Of a DNA stretch of 64,000 bases, positions 18,433 to 27,684 are shown in pieces. A program made the position numbers and the translations under genes. Source of the DNA: an uncultured Bacilli bacterium (GTDB lineage Bacteria; Bacillota_I; Bacilli_A; RF39; UBA660); the NCBI GenBank assembly GCA_934155005.1, contig CAKPGR010000003.1:13011-77010 (forward strand), given 5' to 3'. The notes below the pieces were generated by a model. The model was not told the origin of the DNA. It was given only the letters and a program-made list of their open reading frames with translations, and made no database searches. Position 1 is the stretch's first letter. Every line of letters starts with the position of its first letter.

Positions 18433-18906
18433 ATGAGTGATGGAATAGTAACCTTAATTAGAAATAGTACATTATCTGAAAATGATGATTTATCTATTAG
18501 TCAAGCAGAATGTTTTGATATTATGGTTGGTAATAAATTTGTTGGTGTTATCTCTTATAGATATCATGGTGACTTACATTATATTGATTATGGAGGTAAT
18601 ATTAATTACCGGATTATAGAAAAAGAAAGAGGACATGGTTACGCTAAAAGAGCTTTAAAAATTATGCTTAATATTTTGAAGTATAATACAAAGTTTGATG
18701 AACCTTTATATGTTGCATCAACTACATATAATGATGACTATTTAAATGTGGCAACCGAGTGTGGTGGTAAATTAATATATGAAGGTCTTGTTCCAGATAA
18801 TTTAATATCACCTAAAATAGATCAAGAAATGAAAAATATAAAATTATATGAATTTGTAATTGAAAAAGAAAGGAAGAAAGAAAATGATAGACATAAAGTT
18901 AATTAG
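18433..18906 (+). CDS. GNAT-family N-acetyltransferase-like protein
   Basis: 157 aa; ERGHGYAKRALKIMLN resembles the GNAT motif A (R-x-x-G-x-G/A); RBS AGGAGG. Confidence 0.45.
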   Translation: MSDGIVTLIRNSTLSENDDLSISQAECFDIMVGNKFVGVISYRYHGDLHYIDYGGNINYRIIEKERGHGYAKRALKIMLNILKYNTKFDEPLYVASTTYNDDYLNVATECGGKLIYEGLVPDNLISPKIDQEMKNIKLYEFVIEKERKKENDRHKVN

Positions 18907-20161
18907 AGAAAATAAGGAATTAGTAAAAGAAAATATAAAGAAAAAATTTCAAAATCATAAATTAGTTCTTGTTGATGAAATATATGATTTAGATTTAGAA
19001 TTTAGAAAAGTTAAACAAGAAGTGGAAAAATTAAAAAGTGATAAAAATAACAAAAGTAGCGAAATAGGATCTTTAATGCGTGAAGGAAAAAAAGACGAGG
19101 CAAATAAAATAAAAGAAGAAATAGTAGCTTATAATGAAAAAATTAATGAATTAGATGAAAAACAAGTTTCACTTGAAAAAGAAATAAAAGAAAAAATGAT
19201 GGTTATTCCAAATATAATTGACTCTTCTGTACCAATTGGTGAAGATGATACTAAGAATGTCGAAATTGAAAAATTTGGTGAGCCAGTTGTTCCAGACTAC
19301 GAAATTCCATATCATGCTGATATTATAAATGCATTAAATGGAATGGATAAGGATGCTGCTGGAAGAACAAGTGGTCAAGGTTTTTATTATTTACTAGGAA
19401 ATATAGCAAGACTTCATGAAGCAATGCTTGCTTATGCTAGAGATTTTATGATTGATAAGGGATTTACGTATGCAATACCACCATTTATGATTAGAAAAAA
19501 TGTTGTAGAAGGCGTTATGAGTTTTGAAGAAATGGATGCTATGATGTACAAAATTGAAGGTGAAGATTTATATTTAATTGGTACTAGTGAACATTCTATG
19601 ATTGGTAAATTTAAAGATCAAATAATAAAAGAGGAAGAACTTCCTATTGCTATGACTTCATATTCTCCATGCTTTAGAAAAGAAGGTGGATCTCATGGAC
19701 TTGAAGAAAGAGGACTTTATAGAGTTCACCAATTTGAAAAACAAGAAATGATTGTTTTATGTAAAGAAGAAGATGCAATGAATTTTTATAATAAGATGTG
19801 GAAATATACAGTTGACTTTTTCAGAAGCTTAGATGTTCCTGTTAGAACACTTGAATGTTGTAGTGGTGATCTTGCTGATCTTAAAGTAAAATCTTGTGAT
19901 GTTGAAGCATGGAGCCCAAGACAACAAAAATATTTTGAAGTTGGATCTTGTTCTACATTAGGTGATGCACAAGCTAGAAGACTTGGAATAAGAGCTAAAG
20001 GTAAAGATGGAAATTATTATGTAAATACCTTAAACAATACTGTTGTAGCAACTCCAAGAGGGTTAATTGCTGTTATTGAAAACAATTATCAAAGTGATGG
20101 ATCTATAAAAGTTCCAAAAGTATTACAACCTTATATGGGAGGAATAGAGGTTATAAAATAA
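18884..20161 (+). CDS. serS: Seryl-tRNA synthetase
   Basis: About 425 aa from ATG 18884 (the track ORF begins at an upstream TTG). N-terminal coiled-coil arm, class II motifs (FRKEGGSHGLEERGLYRVHQFEKQE; motif 3 GSCSTLGDAQARRLGIRAK). Confidence 0.85.
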   Translation: MIDIKLIRENKELVKENIKKKFQNHKLVLVDEIYDLDLEFRKVKQEVEKLKSDKNNKSSEIGSLMREGKKDEANKIKEEIVAYNEKINELDEKQVSLEKEIKEKMMVIPNIIDSSVPIGEDDTKNVEIEKFGEPVVPDYEIPYHADIINALNGMDKDAAGRTSGQGFYYLLGNIARLHEAMLAYARDFMIDKGFTYAIPPFMIRKNVVEGVMSFEEMDAMMYKIEGEDLYLIGTSEHSMIGKFKDQIIKEEELPIAMTSYSPCFRKEGGSHGLEERGLYRVHQFEKQEMIVLCKEEDAMNFYNKMWKYTVDFFRSLDVPVRTLECCSGDLADLKVKSCDVEAWSPRQQKYFEVGSCSTLGDAQARRLGIRAKGKDGNYYVNTLNNTVVATPRGLIAVIENNYQSDGSIKVPKVLQPYMGGIEVIK

Positions 20162-20218
20162 AGTATAATATGTTAAATAGATAAAAATTCGTAAGAGATT
20201 ATTATTTGACATCAAAAA

Positions 20219-20238
20219 AAAGATATTAATTTATCTTT
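20219..20238. terminator. Bidirectional terminator between serS and the convergent kinase-like gene
   Basis: aaagata/tatcttt stem flanked by A8 and T9 runs; contains the stop codon of the minus-strand gene. Confidence 0.55.
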
Positions 20239-21202
20239 TTTTTGTTAAAATTTTTACATCGTGATTTAAATTAGCTTCTATATTTTTGCTTTGCTCGAAG
20301 AATAAATAATTCTCTATGCTTTCTGCTTCTAAATATTTAATCATGTTAGTAATACTATCATAGTTTTTATAAATATCATATAAAGGTAGACTTAAATTAT
20401 CAAAAAAACTATATATGGATTCTAATTCTTCATTATATAAGCTTTTATTTATTTCAATTATAATTTTAGAATCAGTCAAATTAACAAGGTTTTTAATATA
20501 TAACATATTTGTTAAATTTATGTCTTTGACATTTAAAATAATAATAGGACTATTAATGTCAATACTATCTAGAAAGGTATTAATTTTTTTATAATTTTTT
20601 AAAAGACTTTCTTTTAATTCTATTGCTGCTTTATATTTATCTAATTTTGGATATAGGTATAAGCTATTATTGTTTTCAACAAAAGATAATATAGTATTGC
20701 TAAGTTTATTAAAACATATATTTAGATAAATAGAATTTTTAAAATTAGTTAATTTAGTAAAAGGATCATCTAAATCAATTATTACAATATCACCATTAGG
20801 ACGACATATAATATTATTTAGTTTGTAATCAAGGGGATAAATTTTTTTATCAGTTAAGTTTTTAGAAGCTTTTACTATATTCCTAGAAATTTTTATTTTT
20901 TCTTTCTTATTATATTTATTCATGACTTTATCTAAAGTTTCTCCTTCTACAAAATCATAATTAGTTGCCGCTATTTTATCGTTAATATAAATAAAGTTAT
21001 TTATGTGATAACATCCATCTATTTTATTTATTCTTGATTTTAATTTGTTTAATTTATATTTATTGACATAAAAAGTACATCTGTGATAATCTTTTTCCCA
21101 TTCTTTATAATATATTTTAAATGCTTGGTTTCCGGATTTATACACTTTTCCATATGAACCTGACCCTATATACTTTAAATTATCCGTTTTAAATGTTTCC
21201 AT
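20231..21202 (-). CDS. Minimal eukaryotic-type protein kinase-like N-domain (about 170 aa) fused to an uncharacterised C-terminal domain
   Basis: Gly-loop IGSGSYGKVYK, beta3 AFKI, catalytic-loop analogue LDYKLNNII (D-x-K-x-x-N) and VIIDLDD (DLD in the DFG position). Confidence 0.5.
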   Translation of the reverse strand: METFKTDNLKYIGSGSYGKVYKSGNQAFKIYYKEWEKDYHRCTFYVNKYKLNKLKSRINKIDGCYHINNFIYINDKIAATNYDFVEGETLDKVMNKYNKKEKIKISRNIVKASKNLTDKKIYPLDYKLNNIICRPNGDIVIIDLDDPFTKLTNFKNSIYLNICFNKLSNTILSFVENNNSLYLYPKLDKYKAAIELKESLLKNYKKINTFLDSIDINSPIIILNVKDINLTNMLYIKNLVNLTDSKIIIEINKSLYNEELESIYSFFDNLSLPLYDIYKNYDSITNMIKYLEAESIENYLFFEQSKNIEANLNHDVKILTKKR

Positions 21203-21317
21203 AACAAATGTTCCTTCCGTTTATGAATAGATATTATAACACATATCTTGAAAAAATAAATAATTATTGATATAATTTAGAAACATTCATGAATATAATA
21301 TAAAAGAGGCGAGATTT

Positions 21318-22169
21318 ATGAATATTACAACAAAATCACTGCTTAAAAGTTTTATAGTTAACCTTTTTTTATCAATTGTCAAAGTAATTTCAGGAATATG
21401 TGGTAAATCTAGTGCTTTAATAGCTGATGGAATTCATTCTTTTAGTGATTTATCTACAGATGCAGTTGCCATTTTTGGAAATAAATATGCTTTAAAACCA
21501 GCAGATAAAGAACATCCATTTGGACATGGTAAAATAGAATATTTAACTTGTTTAATTATAGGAACAGTTATTTTAATTTTAGGAATAAATATAATTTTAT
21601 CATCATTTAAAATAGATATTGTAAAACCTAGTTATATAGTTATTTTAGTTAGTATATTTACAATTATTGTTAAGGTTTTTTTGTATAAATATCTATTAAA
21701 AATAGGCTATAAATATAATAATGCTATTTTAATTACAAGTGGCAAAGAAAGTAGTGCAGATGTAATTAGTTCTATATTTGTTTTAATATCTAGTATTTTA
21801 ATGCAATTTGATAACAAAATTTTAAATTATTCCAATATTATAGCTACTATAATTGTTGGAGCATTTATTGTAAAAACAGGAATAATTATTTTAAATGAAA
21901 ATATAAGTACTATATTAGGAGAAAGAGAAATTAGTGTTGATGATATGATAGAAGTTATAAATCAAGATCAAAATATAGATTCCATTGATAATTTTATTGT
22001 TATAAAAAATGGACCATATTTTCAAATAACAGGTGAAGTTAGTATGAATCCGAATTTAAAACTTAAAGAAGTTCATGATGTTGTTGATAATATTGAACAA
22101 AAATTAAAAGATATAGATTCAAGAGCTAGATATATAAATATTCATGTTAATCCAACAAAGGAGTCTTAA
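21318..22169 (+). CDS. Cation diffusion facilitator (CDF) family divalent-metal efflux transporter
   Basis: Six TM helices; ADGIHSFSDLSTD and HPFGHGKIEYL motifs; C-terminal cytoplasmic domain. Confidence 0.8.
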   Translation: MNITTKSLLKSFIVNLFLSIVKVISGICGKSSALIADGIHSFSDLSTDAVAIFGNKYALKPADKEHPFGHGKIEYLTCLIIGTVILILGINIILSSFKIDIVKPSYIVILVSIFTIIVKVFLYKYLLKIGYKYNNAILITSGKESSADVISSIFVLISSILMQFDNKILNYSNIIATIIVGAFIVKTGIIILNENISTILGEREISVDDMIEVINQDQNIDSIDNFIVIKNGPYFQITGEVSMNPNLKLKEVHDVVDNIEQKLKDIDSRARYINIHVNPTKES

Positions 22170-22171
22170 TT

Positions 22172-22987
22172 ATGCCAGAATTACCAGAAGTAGAAACTGT
22201 AAAAAATAAATTAAAACAATTAGTATTAAATAAACAAATAGTTAAAGTTAATGTATTATACCCAAAAATTATAGAATATCCAGATGTTTCTAAATTTAAG
22301 AAACAACTAGAAAAACAAACTATAAAAGATATAAAAAGAAGAGGAAAATGGTTAATGTTTGAACTTAATGATTATTATCTATTAAGTCATCTAAGGATGG
22401 AAGGTAAGTACGTTATTAGAAATAAAGATGATGTTTATGATAAGCATGAACATGTAGAATTTGTTTTCTCTGATAATAAAACTTTAAGATATAAAGATAC
22501 AAGAAAATTTGGAAGAATGTATTTATATAAAAAAGATGAAGTTTTAAATAATAAACCTTTAAATGAACTTGGACTAGAACCATGGGACTCTAATTTAACG
22601 ATTAATTATTTAAGAAAGAAAATGGCTAAAAAAAGATTACCTATAAAAACATTACTTTTAGATCAAAGTATAATGGTAGGACTTGGTAATATATATGTTG
22701 ATGAAGTTTTATTTTTATCATCACTTAATCCTAATTTAAAATATAATGAATTAACAGATGCTGATTTAGAAAAAATTATTGATAATTCAAAAATAGTTTT
22801 AGAAAAAGCTATAAAAATGGGTGGTACTACTATTAGAACATATGAATCAAGTGAAGGTGTTCATGGAATGTTTCAAGATAAGTTGTTAGTTCATAATCAA
22901 CAAGTGTGTAAAAAGTGTGGTAGTGAAATTGTGAAAACCAGAATTGGTGGTAGAGGAACTTATTATTGTCCTAAATGTCAAAAATAA
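22172..22987 (+). CDS. mutM: Formamidopyrimidine-DNA glycosylase
   Basis: N-terminal MPELPEVE; C-terminal zinc finger CKKCGSEIVKTRIGGRGTYYCPKCQ. Confidence 0.9.
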   Translation: MPELPEVETVKNKLKQLVLNKQIVKVNVLYPKIIEYPDVSKFKKQLEKQTIKDIKRRGKWLMFELNDYYLLSHLRMEGKYVIRNKDDVYDKHEHVEFVFSDNKTLRYKDTRKFGRMYLYKKDEVLNNKPLNELGLEPWDSNLTINYLRKKMAKKRLPIKTLLLDQSIMVGLGNIYVDEVLFLSSLNPNLKYNELTDADLEKIIDNSKIVLEKAIKMGGTTIRTYESSEGVHGMFQDKLLVHNQQVCKKCGSEIVKTRIGGRGTYYCPKCQK

Positions 22988-23015
22988 AAAACTATGAAAT
23001 CTACATAGAAAAATT

Positions 23016-23040
23016 AGTCTAGTTTTTGCTAGACTTTTTT
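23016..23040 (+). terminator. Rho-independent terminator after mutM
   Basis: agtctag/ctagact stem plus TTTTTT. Confidence 0.65.
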
Positions 23041-23088
23041 CTTTATAAGAATTAAAATTTATGATAAAATTATAGATAGGTGAATATG

Positions 23089-24288
23089 ATGGATAGAATA
23101 ATTATGCATATAGATGTTAATAATGCTTTTTTATCTTGGACAGCAGTTTATCTACTTCAAAATGGTTCAAAATATGATATTAGAAATAGTTATGCTGTTA
23201 TAGGTGGTGATGAAAAAGCTAGAAGAGGTGTAGTTTTAGCTAAGTCAATGCCTGCAAAAAAACTTGGTATTAAAACAGGTGAAACATTATATACTGCAAG
23301 AAAAAAATGCAAAGCATTAAAGACTTACCCTATGAATTATTCTTTTTATCAAAAAATGTCTAAGTCATTATTTGATTTAATAAGAAATTATTCACCAGAC
23401 ATAGAACAAGCTTCTATAGATGAATGTTATCTAGATTATACTAATGTAAGAAATTTATATGGGAATCCATATGAATTTGCTCAAAGATTGAAAAAAGAGG
23501 TAAATGAAAAATTGGGTTTTACAATTAATATTGGAATTGCTAATAATAAACTATGTGCTAAAATGGCTAGCGATTTTGAAAAGCCCAATAAAATTCATAC
23601 CTTATATAATTATGAAGTAAAAGAAAAAATGTGGCCTCTTCCTATTAATGAATTATTTGGAATAGGAAAAAAATCCACAGAAAAACTTTTAAAATTGAAT
23701 ATTAAAACAATTTCTGATTTAGCTAATGCCGATATAAAAAAATTAATTCCCTATTTTAAAAATCAATCTAGGTTAATGATCGATTGGGCTAATGGAATAG
23801 ATGATAGAAAAGTTATAACAAAAGAAGTGGCATATAAAGGTATGAGTAATGAAATAACTTTACAAAGTGATATAACAGAAAAAACTAAACTATATGAACA
23901 CCTATTATTTTTGTCAGATAAATTAGCGCTTAGAATAAGAAAAGAAAATAAATATGCAACAGTAATATCGGTAACATTAAAAGATAAATACTTTAAAAGA
24001 AGAAGTCATCAAAAAAAGATTGATAAACCTGCTAATACAACTGAGGCAATATATGAAAATGCTAAAAAAATATTAGATGAGATGTGGAATGATGATTCAG
24101 TTAGATTAATAGGTATTAGACTTGATAAATTAACTGATAAAATTGTTATTCAAAAATCTCTTTTTGATGATGAAATAAAAGAAGATAATTTAAATTTAGA
24201 AAAAACAGTTGATAAATTAAAAGAAAAATATGGGATGAAAGTTATAGGAAGAGCATCCCTAAAAGATAGAAAAGACGTGAGAAGATGA
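23089..24288 (+). CDS. dinB: Y-family DNA polymerase IV
   Basis: IMHIDVNNAFLS (cf. ILHVDMDAFFAS), catalytic SIDECYLD; start ATG 23089 preferred (RBS AGGTGA); the track ORF begins at an upstream GTG. Confidence 0.85.
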   Translation: MDRIIMHIDVNNAFLSWTAVYLLQNGSKYDIRNSYAVIGGDEKARRGVVLAKSMPAKKLGIKTGETLYTARKKCKALKTYPMNYSFYQKMSKSLFDLIRNYSPDIEQASIDECYLDYTNVRNLYGNPYEFAQRLKKEVNEKLGFTINIGIANNKLCAKMASDFEKPNKIHTLYNYEVKEKMWPLPINELFGIGKKSTEKLLKLNIKTISDLANADIKKLIPYFKNQSRLMIDWANGIDDRKVITKEVAYKGMSNEITLQSDITEKTKLYEHLLFLSDKLALRIRKENKYATVISVTLKDKYFKRRSHQKKIDKPANTTEAIYENAKKILDEMWNDDSVRLIGIRLDKLTDKIVIQKSLFDDEIKEDNLNLEKTVDKLKEKYGMKVIGRASLKDRKDVRR

Positions 24289-26429
24289 ATCAAGATATAA
24301 TTGTAGAAATAAGTAAAAATTTAAATTTAAAGGTTAGTCAAGTTGAAAAAACACTTAATTTACTAATGGAAGGAAATACAATTCCTTTTATAGCAAGATA
24401 TAGAAAAGAAGTAACAGGAGCATTAAGTGAAGATGAAATTAGAAGTATTAACGAAGTATACGAATATCAAGTTAATTTGTTAAAGAGAAAAGAAGATGTT
24501 ATAAGATTAATTGATGAGAAAGGACTACTTACAAAAGAGTTAGAAGATAAAATAATGTCTTGTTTTAATCTAGTTGAAGTAGAAGACTTATATAGACCAT
24601 ATAAAGAAAAGAAAAAGACCAAAGCAACCGATGCTATTAATAATGGACTAGAACCACTTGCTAAGATAATCATGTCTGGTAAAGAAAAAAACATAGAAGA
24701 AGTTGCTAAAAGATTTGTTAATGATAAAGTAAAAACTATTAGTGATGCTATAGTGGGGGCAACATATATTATTGCTGAATGGATTAGTGATAATGCTTAT
24801 TATAGAAAATGGATAAGAAATTATACATTTAGAAATGGCAAAATAGTTACCAAAGTAAAAAAAGATAATAATGATATAAATAAAGTTTATGAAATGTACT
24901 ATTCTTATGAAGAAGAAATAAAAAGAATAAAACATCATAGAGTTTTAGCAATTAATAGAGCAGAAAAAGAGAAAGTTATAACTGTAAATATAGATGTAAA
25001 TAAAGAAGACATATTTACATATTTAGAAAGTAAACTTGTTAAAGAAAAAAATGCTTCATATCAAATTATTGTGGATGCTATAAAAGATAGCTATAAAAGA
25101 TTAATATTTCCATCAATTGAAAGAGAAATTAGAAGTTATTTAACTGAAAAAGCTGTGGAAAAAGCTATCGAAAATTTTGGACAAAATTTAGAATCTTTAT
25201 TATTAACACCACCAATAAAAGAAAAGATAGTATTAGCTTTTGATCCAGGGTATGTAAATGGATGTAAAATAGCTGTAATTGATAAAACAGGTAAATATCT
25301 TGATTCTACGGTAATAAAACCATTTTTAAAAAATAAAACAGATTTAACAAAAGATAAAGAAGAAATTGTTAAATTAATAAAAAAATATAATGTTGATATT
25401 ATAGCAATTGGGAATGGGACAGCTTCTCGTGAATCAGAAAAATTTTGCTCAGAATTAATTAAAGAAAATAATTTAAATACAAAATATGTTATTGTATCAG
25501 AAGCAGGAGCCTCTATTTATAGTGCATCAGAACTTGCTATAAAAGAATTTCCAGACTTAGCTGTTGAAAAAAGAAGTGCTGTTAGTATTGGAAGAAGATT
25601 ACAAGATCCACTTTCAGAGCTTGTTAAAATACCTCCTGATGGAATAGGAGTTGGATTATATCAACATGATATAGCAGGTAAAAAATTATCAGAAAGTTTA
25701 GATTTTGTTGTTTCTAAGGTAGTAAATAGTGTAGGAGTTAATATTAATACAGCATCCCCTTCCATTTTAAAATATATATCTGGTATCACTAAAAAAAATA
25801 TTGACAAAATTATTTCATATAGAGAAGATGCTGGTGAAATAAAATCAAGAGATGAAATAAAAAAGAAAAAAATATTAAGTGATAAAGTATATGAACAAGC
25901 AATTGGTTTTTTAAGAATTACAAATGGGGATAACATCTTAGATCAAACAGCTATCCATCCAGAAAGATATGAAACAGTTATGGAATTTTTAAAACTTCTA
26001 GACTTAAATATCTCTCATATAGGAACAAAAGAATTAATAAATAAATTAGATAATATTGATTTAGAAGAATATACTAAAAAATTAAATATAGATATATATA
26101 CTTTAACAGATATTATAGAAGATTTAAAAAAACCAAATAGAGATCCACGTGATTTAATAGATGCTCCAATTTTGAAGAGTGATGTTTTAGAATTAAAAGA
26201 TTTAAAATTAGGAATGAAGTTACAAGGTACTGTTCGTAATGTAACACCTTTTGGAGCATTTATAGATATTGGACTTCATGATGATGGACTTGTTCATATA
26301 TCGAAAATGTCAAAACAATATATTAAAGATCCAACTGATGTAGTTAGTGTTGGTGATATAGTTGATTGCTATGTAATAGATATAAATCAAGAAAAAGAAA
26401 AGGTTTCTTTAAGTTTAATTGAAGAATAA
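24285..26429 (+). CDS. tex: Tex-family transcription accessory protein (HTH, YqgF, HhH, S1 domains)
   Basis: 714 aa; N-terminal ISKNLNLKVSQVEKTLNLLMEGNTIPFIARYRKE; C-terminal S1 domain GTVRNVTPFGAFIDIG; ATGA overlap with dinB. Confidence 0.85.
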   Translation: MNQDIIVEISKNLNLKVSQVEKTLNLLMEGNTIPFIARYRKEVTGALSEDEIRSINEVYEYQVNLLKRKEDVIRLIDEKGLLTKELEDKIMSCFNLVEVEDLYRPYKEKKKTKATDAINNGLEPLAKIIMSGKEKNIEEVAKRFVNDKVKTISDAIVGATYIIAEWISDNAYYRKWIRNYTFRNGKIVTKVKKDNNDINKVYEMYYSYEEEIKRIKHHRVLAINRAEKEKVITVNIDVNKEDIFTYLESKLVKEKNASYQIIVDAIKDSYKRLIFPSIEREIRSYLTEKAVEKAIENFGQNLESLLLTPPIKEKIVLAFDPGYVNGCKIAVIDKTGKYLDSTVIKPFLKNKTDLTKDKEEIVKLIKKYNVDIIAIGNGTASRESEKFCSELIKENNLNTKYVIVSEAGASIYSASELAIKEFPDLAVEKRSAVSIGRRLQDPLSELVKIPPDGIGVGLYQHDIAGKKLSESLDFVVSKVVNSVGVNINTASPSILKYISGITKKNIDKIISYREDAGEIKSRDEIKKKKILSDKVYEQAIGFLRITNGDNILDQTAIHPERYETVMEFLKLLDLNISHIGTKELINKLDNIDLEEYTKKLNIDIYTLTDIIEDLKKPNRDPRDLIDAPILKSDVLELKDLKLGMKLQGTVRNVTPFGAFIDIGLHDDGLVHISKMSKQYIKDPTDVVSVGDIVDCYVIDINQEKEKVSLSLIEE

Positions 26430-26446
26430 AAAATTGTTAAAAAAAT

Positions 26447-26470
26447 ACTAGGCTTTAATACCTAGTTTTT
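26447..26470 (+). terminator. Terminator after tex (short stem actagg/cctagt plus T-run)
   Basis: Inverted repeat followed by TTTTT. Confidence 0.45.
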
Positions 26471-26520
26471 ATTAGGATTATGATTAAATGTAAATAATTG
26501 TCAACAAAAATTAATAATGT

Positions 26521-26549
26521 TTGATAATTATAAATTTTGGTGTTATACT
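26521..26549 (+). promoter_or_regulatory. Candidate promoter of the T4SS-like island (TTGATA - 17 nt - TGTTATACT extended -10)
   Basis: -35 at 26521-26526, TG-extended -10 at 26541-26549, then GGTGGTG RBS. Confidence 0.45.
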
Positions 26550-26585
26550 AAAAATGTAATATAAAATCGTAAAGGTGGTGAAATA

Positions 26586-26759
26586 ATGAAAGAAGCTACA
26601 GGAGAAGCAAACATGACAGTAGTAACAATTATCTTAATTGCGGCAATTGTTGCAATCGCTACACCATTAATAACTAATATGATGAATAGCACAAAACAAA
26701 AAGCGGAATGCATGAGTAATGGTGGTGTTTGGGAAAATAACACATGTAAAAATTCATAA
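26586..26759 (+). CDS. 57-aa pilin-like protein (Flp-like size): MKEATG N-terminus, hydrophobic helix, C-terminal Cys-x12-Cys
   Basis: Not in the ORF track (below the cut-off). ATG 26586 with RBS AAAGGTGGTG. Sequence MKEATGEANMTVVTIILIAAIVAIATPLITNMMNSTKQKAECMSNGGVWENNTCKNS. Confidence 0.5.
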   Translation: MKEATGEANMTVVTIILIAAIVAIATPLITNMMNSTKQKAECMSNGGVWENNTCKNS

Positions 26760-26774
26760 AATGAGGTATAAAAT

Positions 26775-27200
26775 ATGAAAGAAGCGATAGGTAGTATTCC
26801 ATTATACAATTTTATAATTATATTTATAGTCATTACCTTTGGCTTTTTATCTGCTACACTTATGTACTACAAAGCTTTCAAGTTAAATAGTAAAATAGCT
26901 TATTCCTTAGAAAAATATGAAGGGTATAATGATTTATCTTCTAAGGAAATTAATAAAAATTTGGGAACATTAGGATATCGCGTTGGTAGTACTAATGATT
27001 GTCCTGTTAAACAAGGAAATAGAATAGGTACATCAGGAATTAATTATCCTATTTGTATTTATGAAATAACTAGAAAAGATAGTGCATATTTTAATTATGG
27101 GATAATTACATATATCTATTTAGATATTCCTCTTATAGGAGGTACCTTTAAAATCCCAGTATATACTGAATCTGAAAAGATTTTTAAATTTTCAAGTTAG
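26775..27200 (+). CDS. 141-aa pseudopilin-like protein (M-K-E-A-I-G N-terminus, TM helix, extracellular domain with Cys pair); paralog of the next gene
   Basis: MKEAIGSIPLYNFIIIFIVITFGF...; conserved LGTLGYRVGS...C-x20-C...YGIITYIYLDIPLIGG block shared with the 27213 gene. Confidence 0.55.
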   Translation: MKEAIGSIPLYNFIIIFIVITFGFLSATLMYYKAFKLNSKIAYSLEKYEGYNDLSSKEINKNLGTLGYRVGSTNDCPVKQGNRIGTSGINYPICIYEITRKDSAYFNYGIITYIYLDIPLIGGTFKIPVYTESEKIFKFSS

Positions 27201-27212
27201 AGTGGTGAATTT

Positions 27213-27671
27213 ATGAGAGAAGCAATAGGAACAACATATGTACTAAATTTTATTATTGTATTTTTTGTAATATTCATTGCTTTTTTTGTTGGTAGCATGG
27301 TATATACAAAAGCTTTTAAAGTAAAAAATAAAATAATAGATATAATTGAATATTATGATGGTGAGGTAGTAGATGGATCTAATAGTTTAAAATCAGGACC
27401 ACTTACTGATATTAATAATAAATTAGGATCAATAGGATATAGAATAGCTAATAACAATCAAAATAATTGTGATAATAATAGATTTACGGATAAAGGTGGT
27501 CAAATAGTTAATAAAGGTAATTCTAATTATAGATATTGTATATATAAATTTAAAGAAAATAGAGGAACATATTATGGAGTTGTAACATATATGTATTTTG
27601 AAGTGCCAATTATAGGTGCTAAATTAGAACTTCCAATATATGGTGAAACGAGAACATTTATTAAATTATAA
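27213..27671 (+). CDS. 152-aa pseudopilin-like protein (M-R-E-A-I-G N-terminus), paralog of the 26775 gene
   Basis: MREAIGTTYVLNFIIVFFVIFIAFF...LGSIGYRIAN...C...C...YGVVTYMYFEVPIIGA. Confidence 0.55.
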   Translation: MREAIGTTYVLNFIIVFFVIFIAFFVGSMVYTKAFKVKNKIIDIIEYYDGEVVDGSNSLKSGPLTDINNKLGSIGYRIANNNQNNCDNNRFTDKGGQIVNKGNSNYRYCIYKFKENRGTYYGVVTYMYFEVPIIGAKLELPIYGETRTFIKL

Positions 27672-27684
27672 AAGGGGTGATTAG

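Noticed and set aside
26543-26833. 96-aa minus-strand ORF across the first two pilin-like genes
   Set aside because: Antisense to two plus-strand genes with good RBSs and conserved paralogous features; hydrophobic mirror-image artefact.
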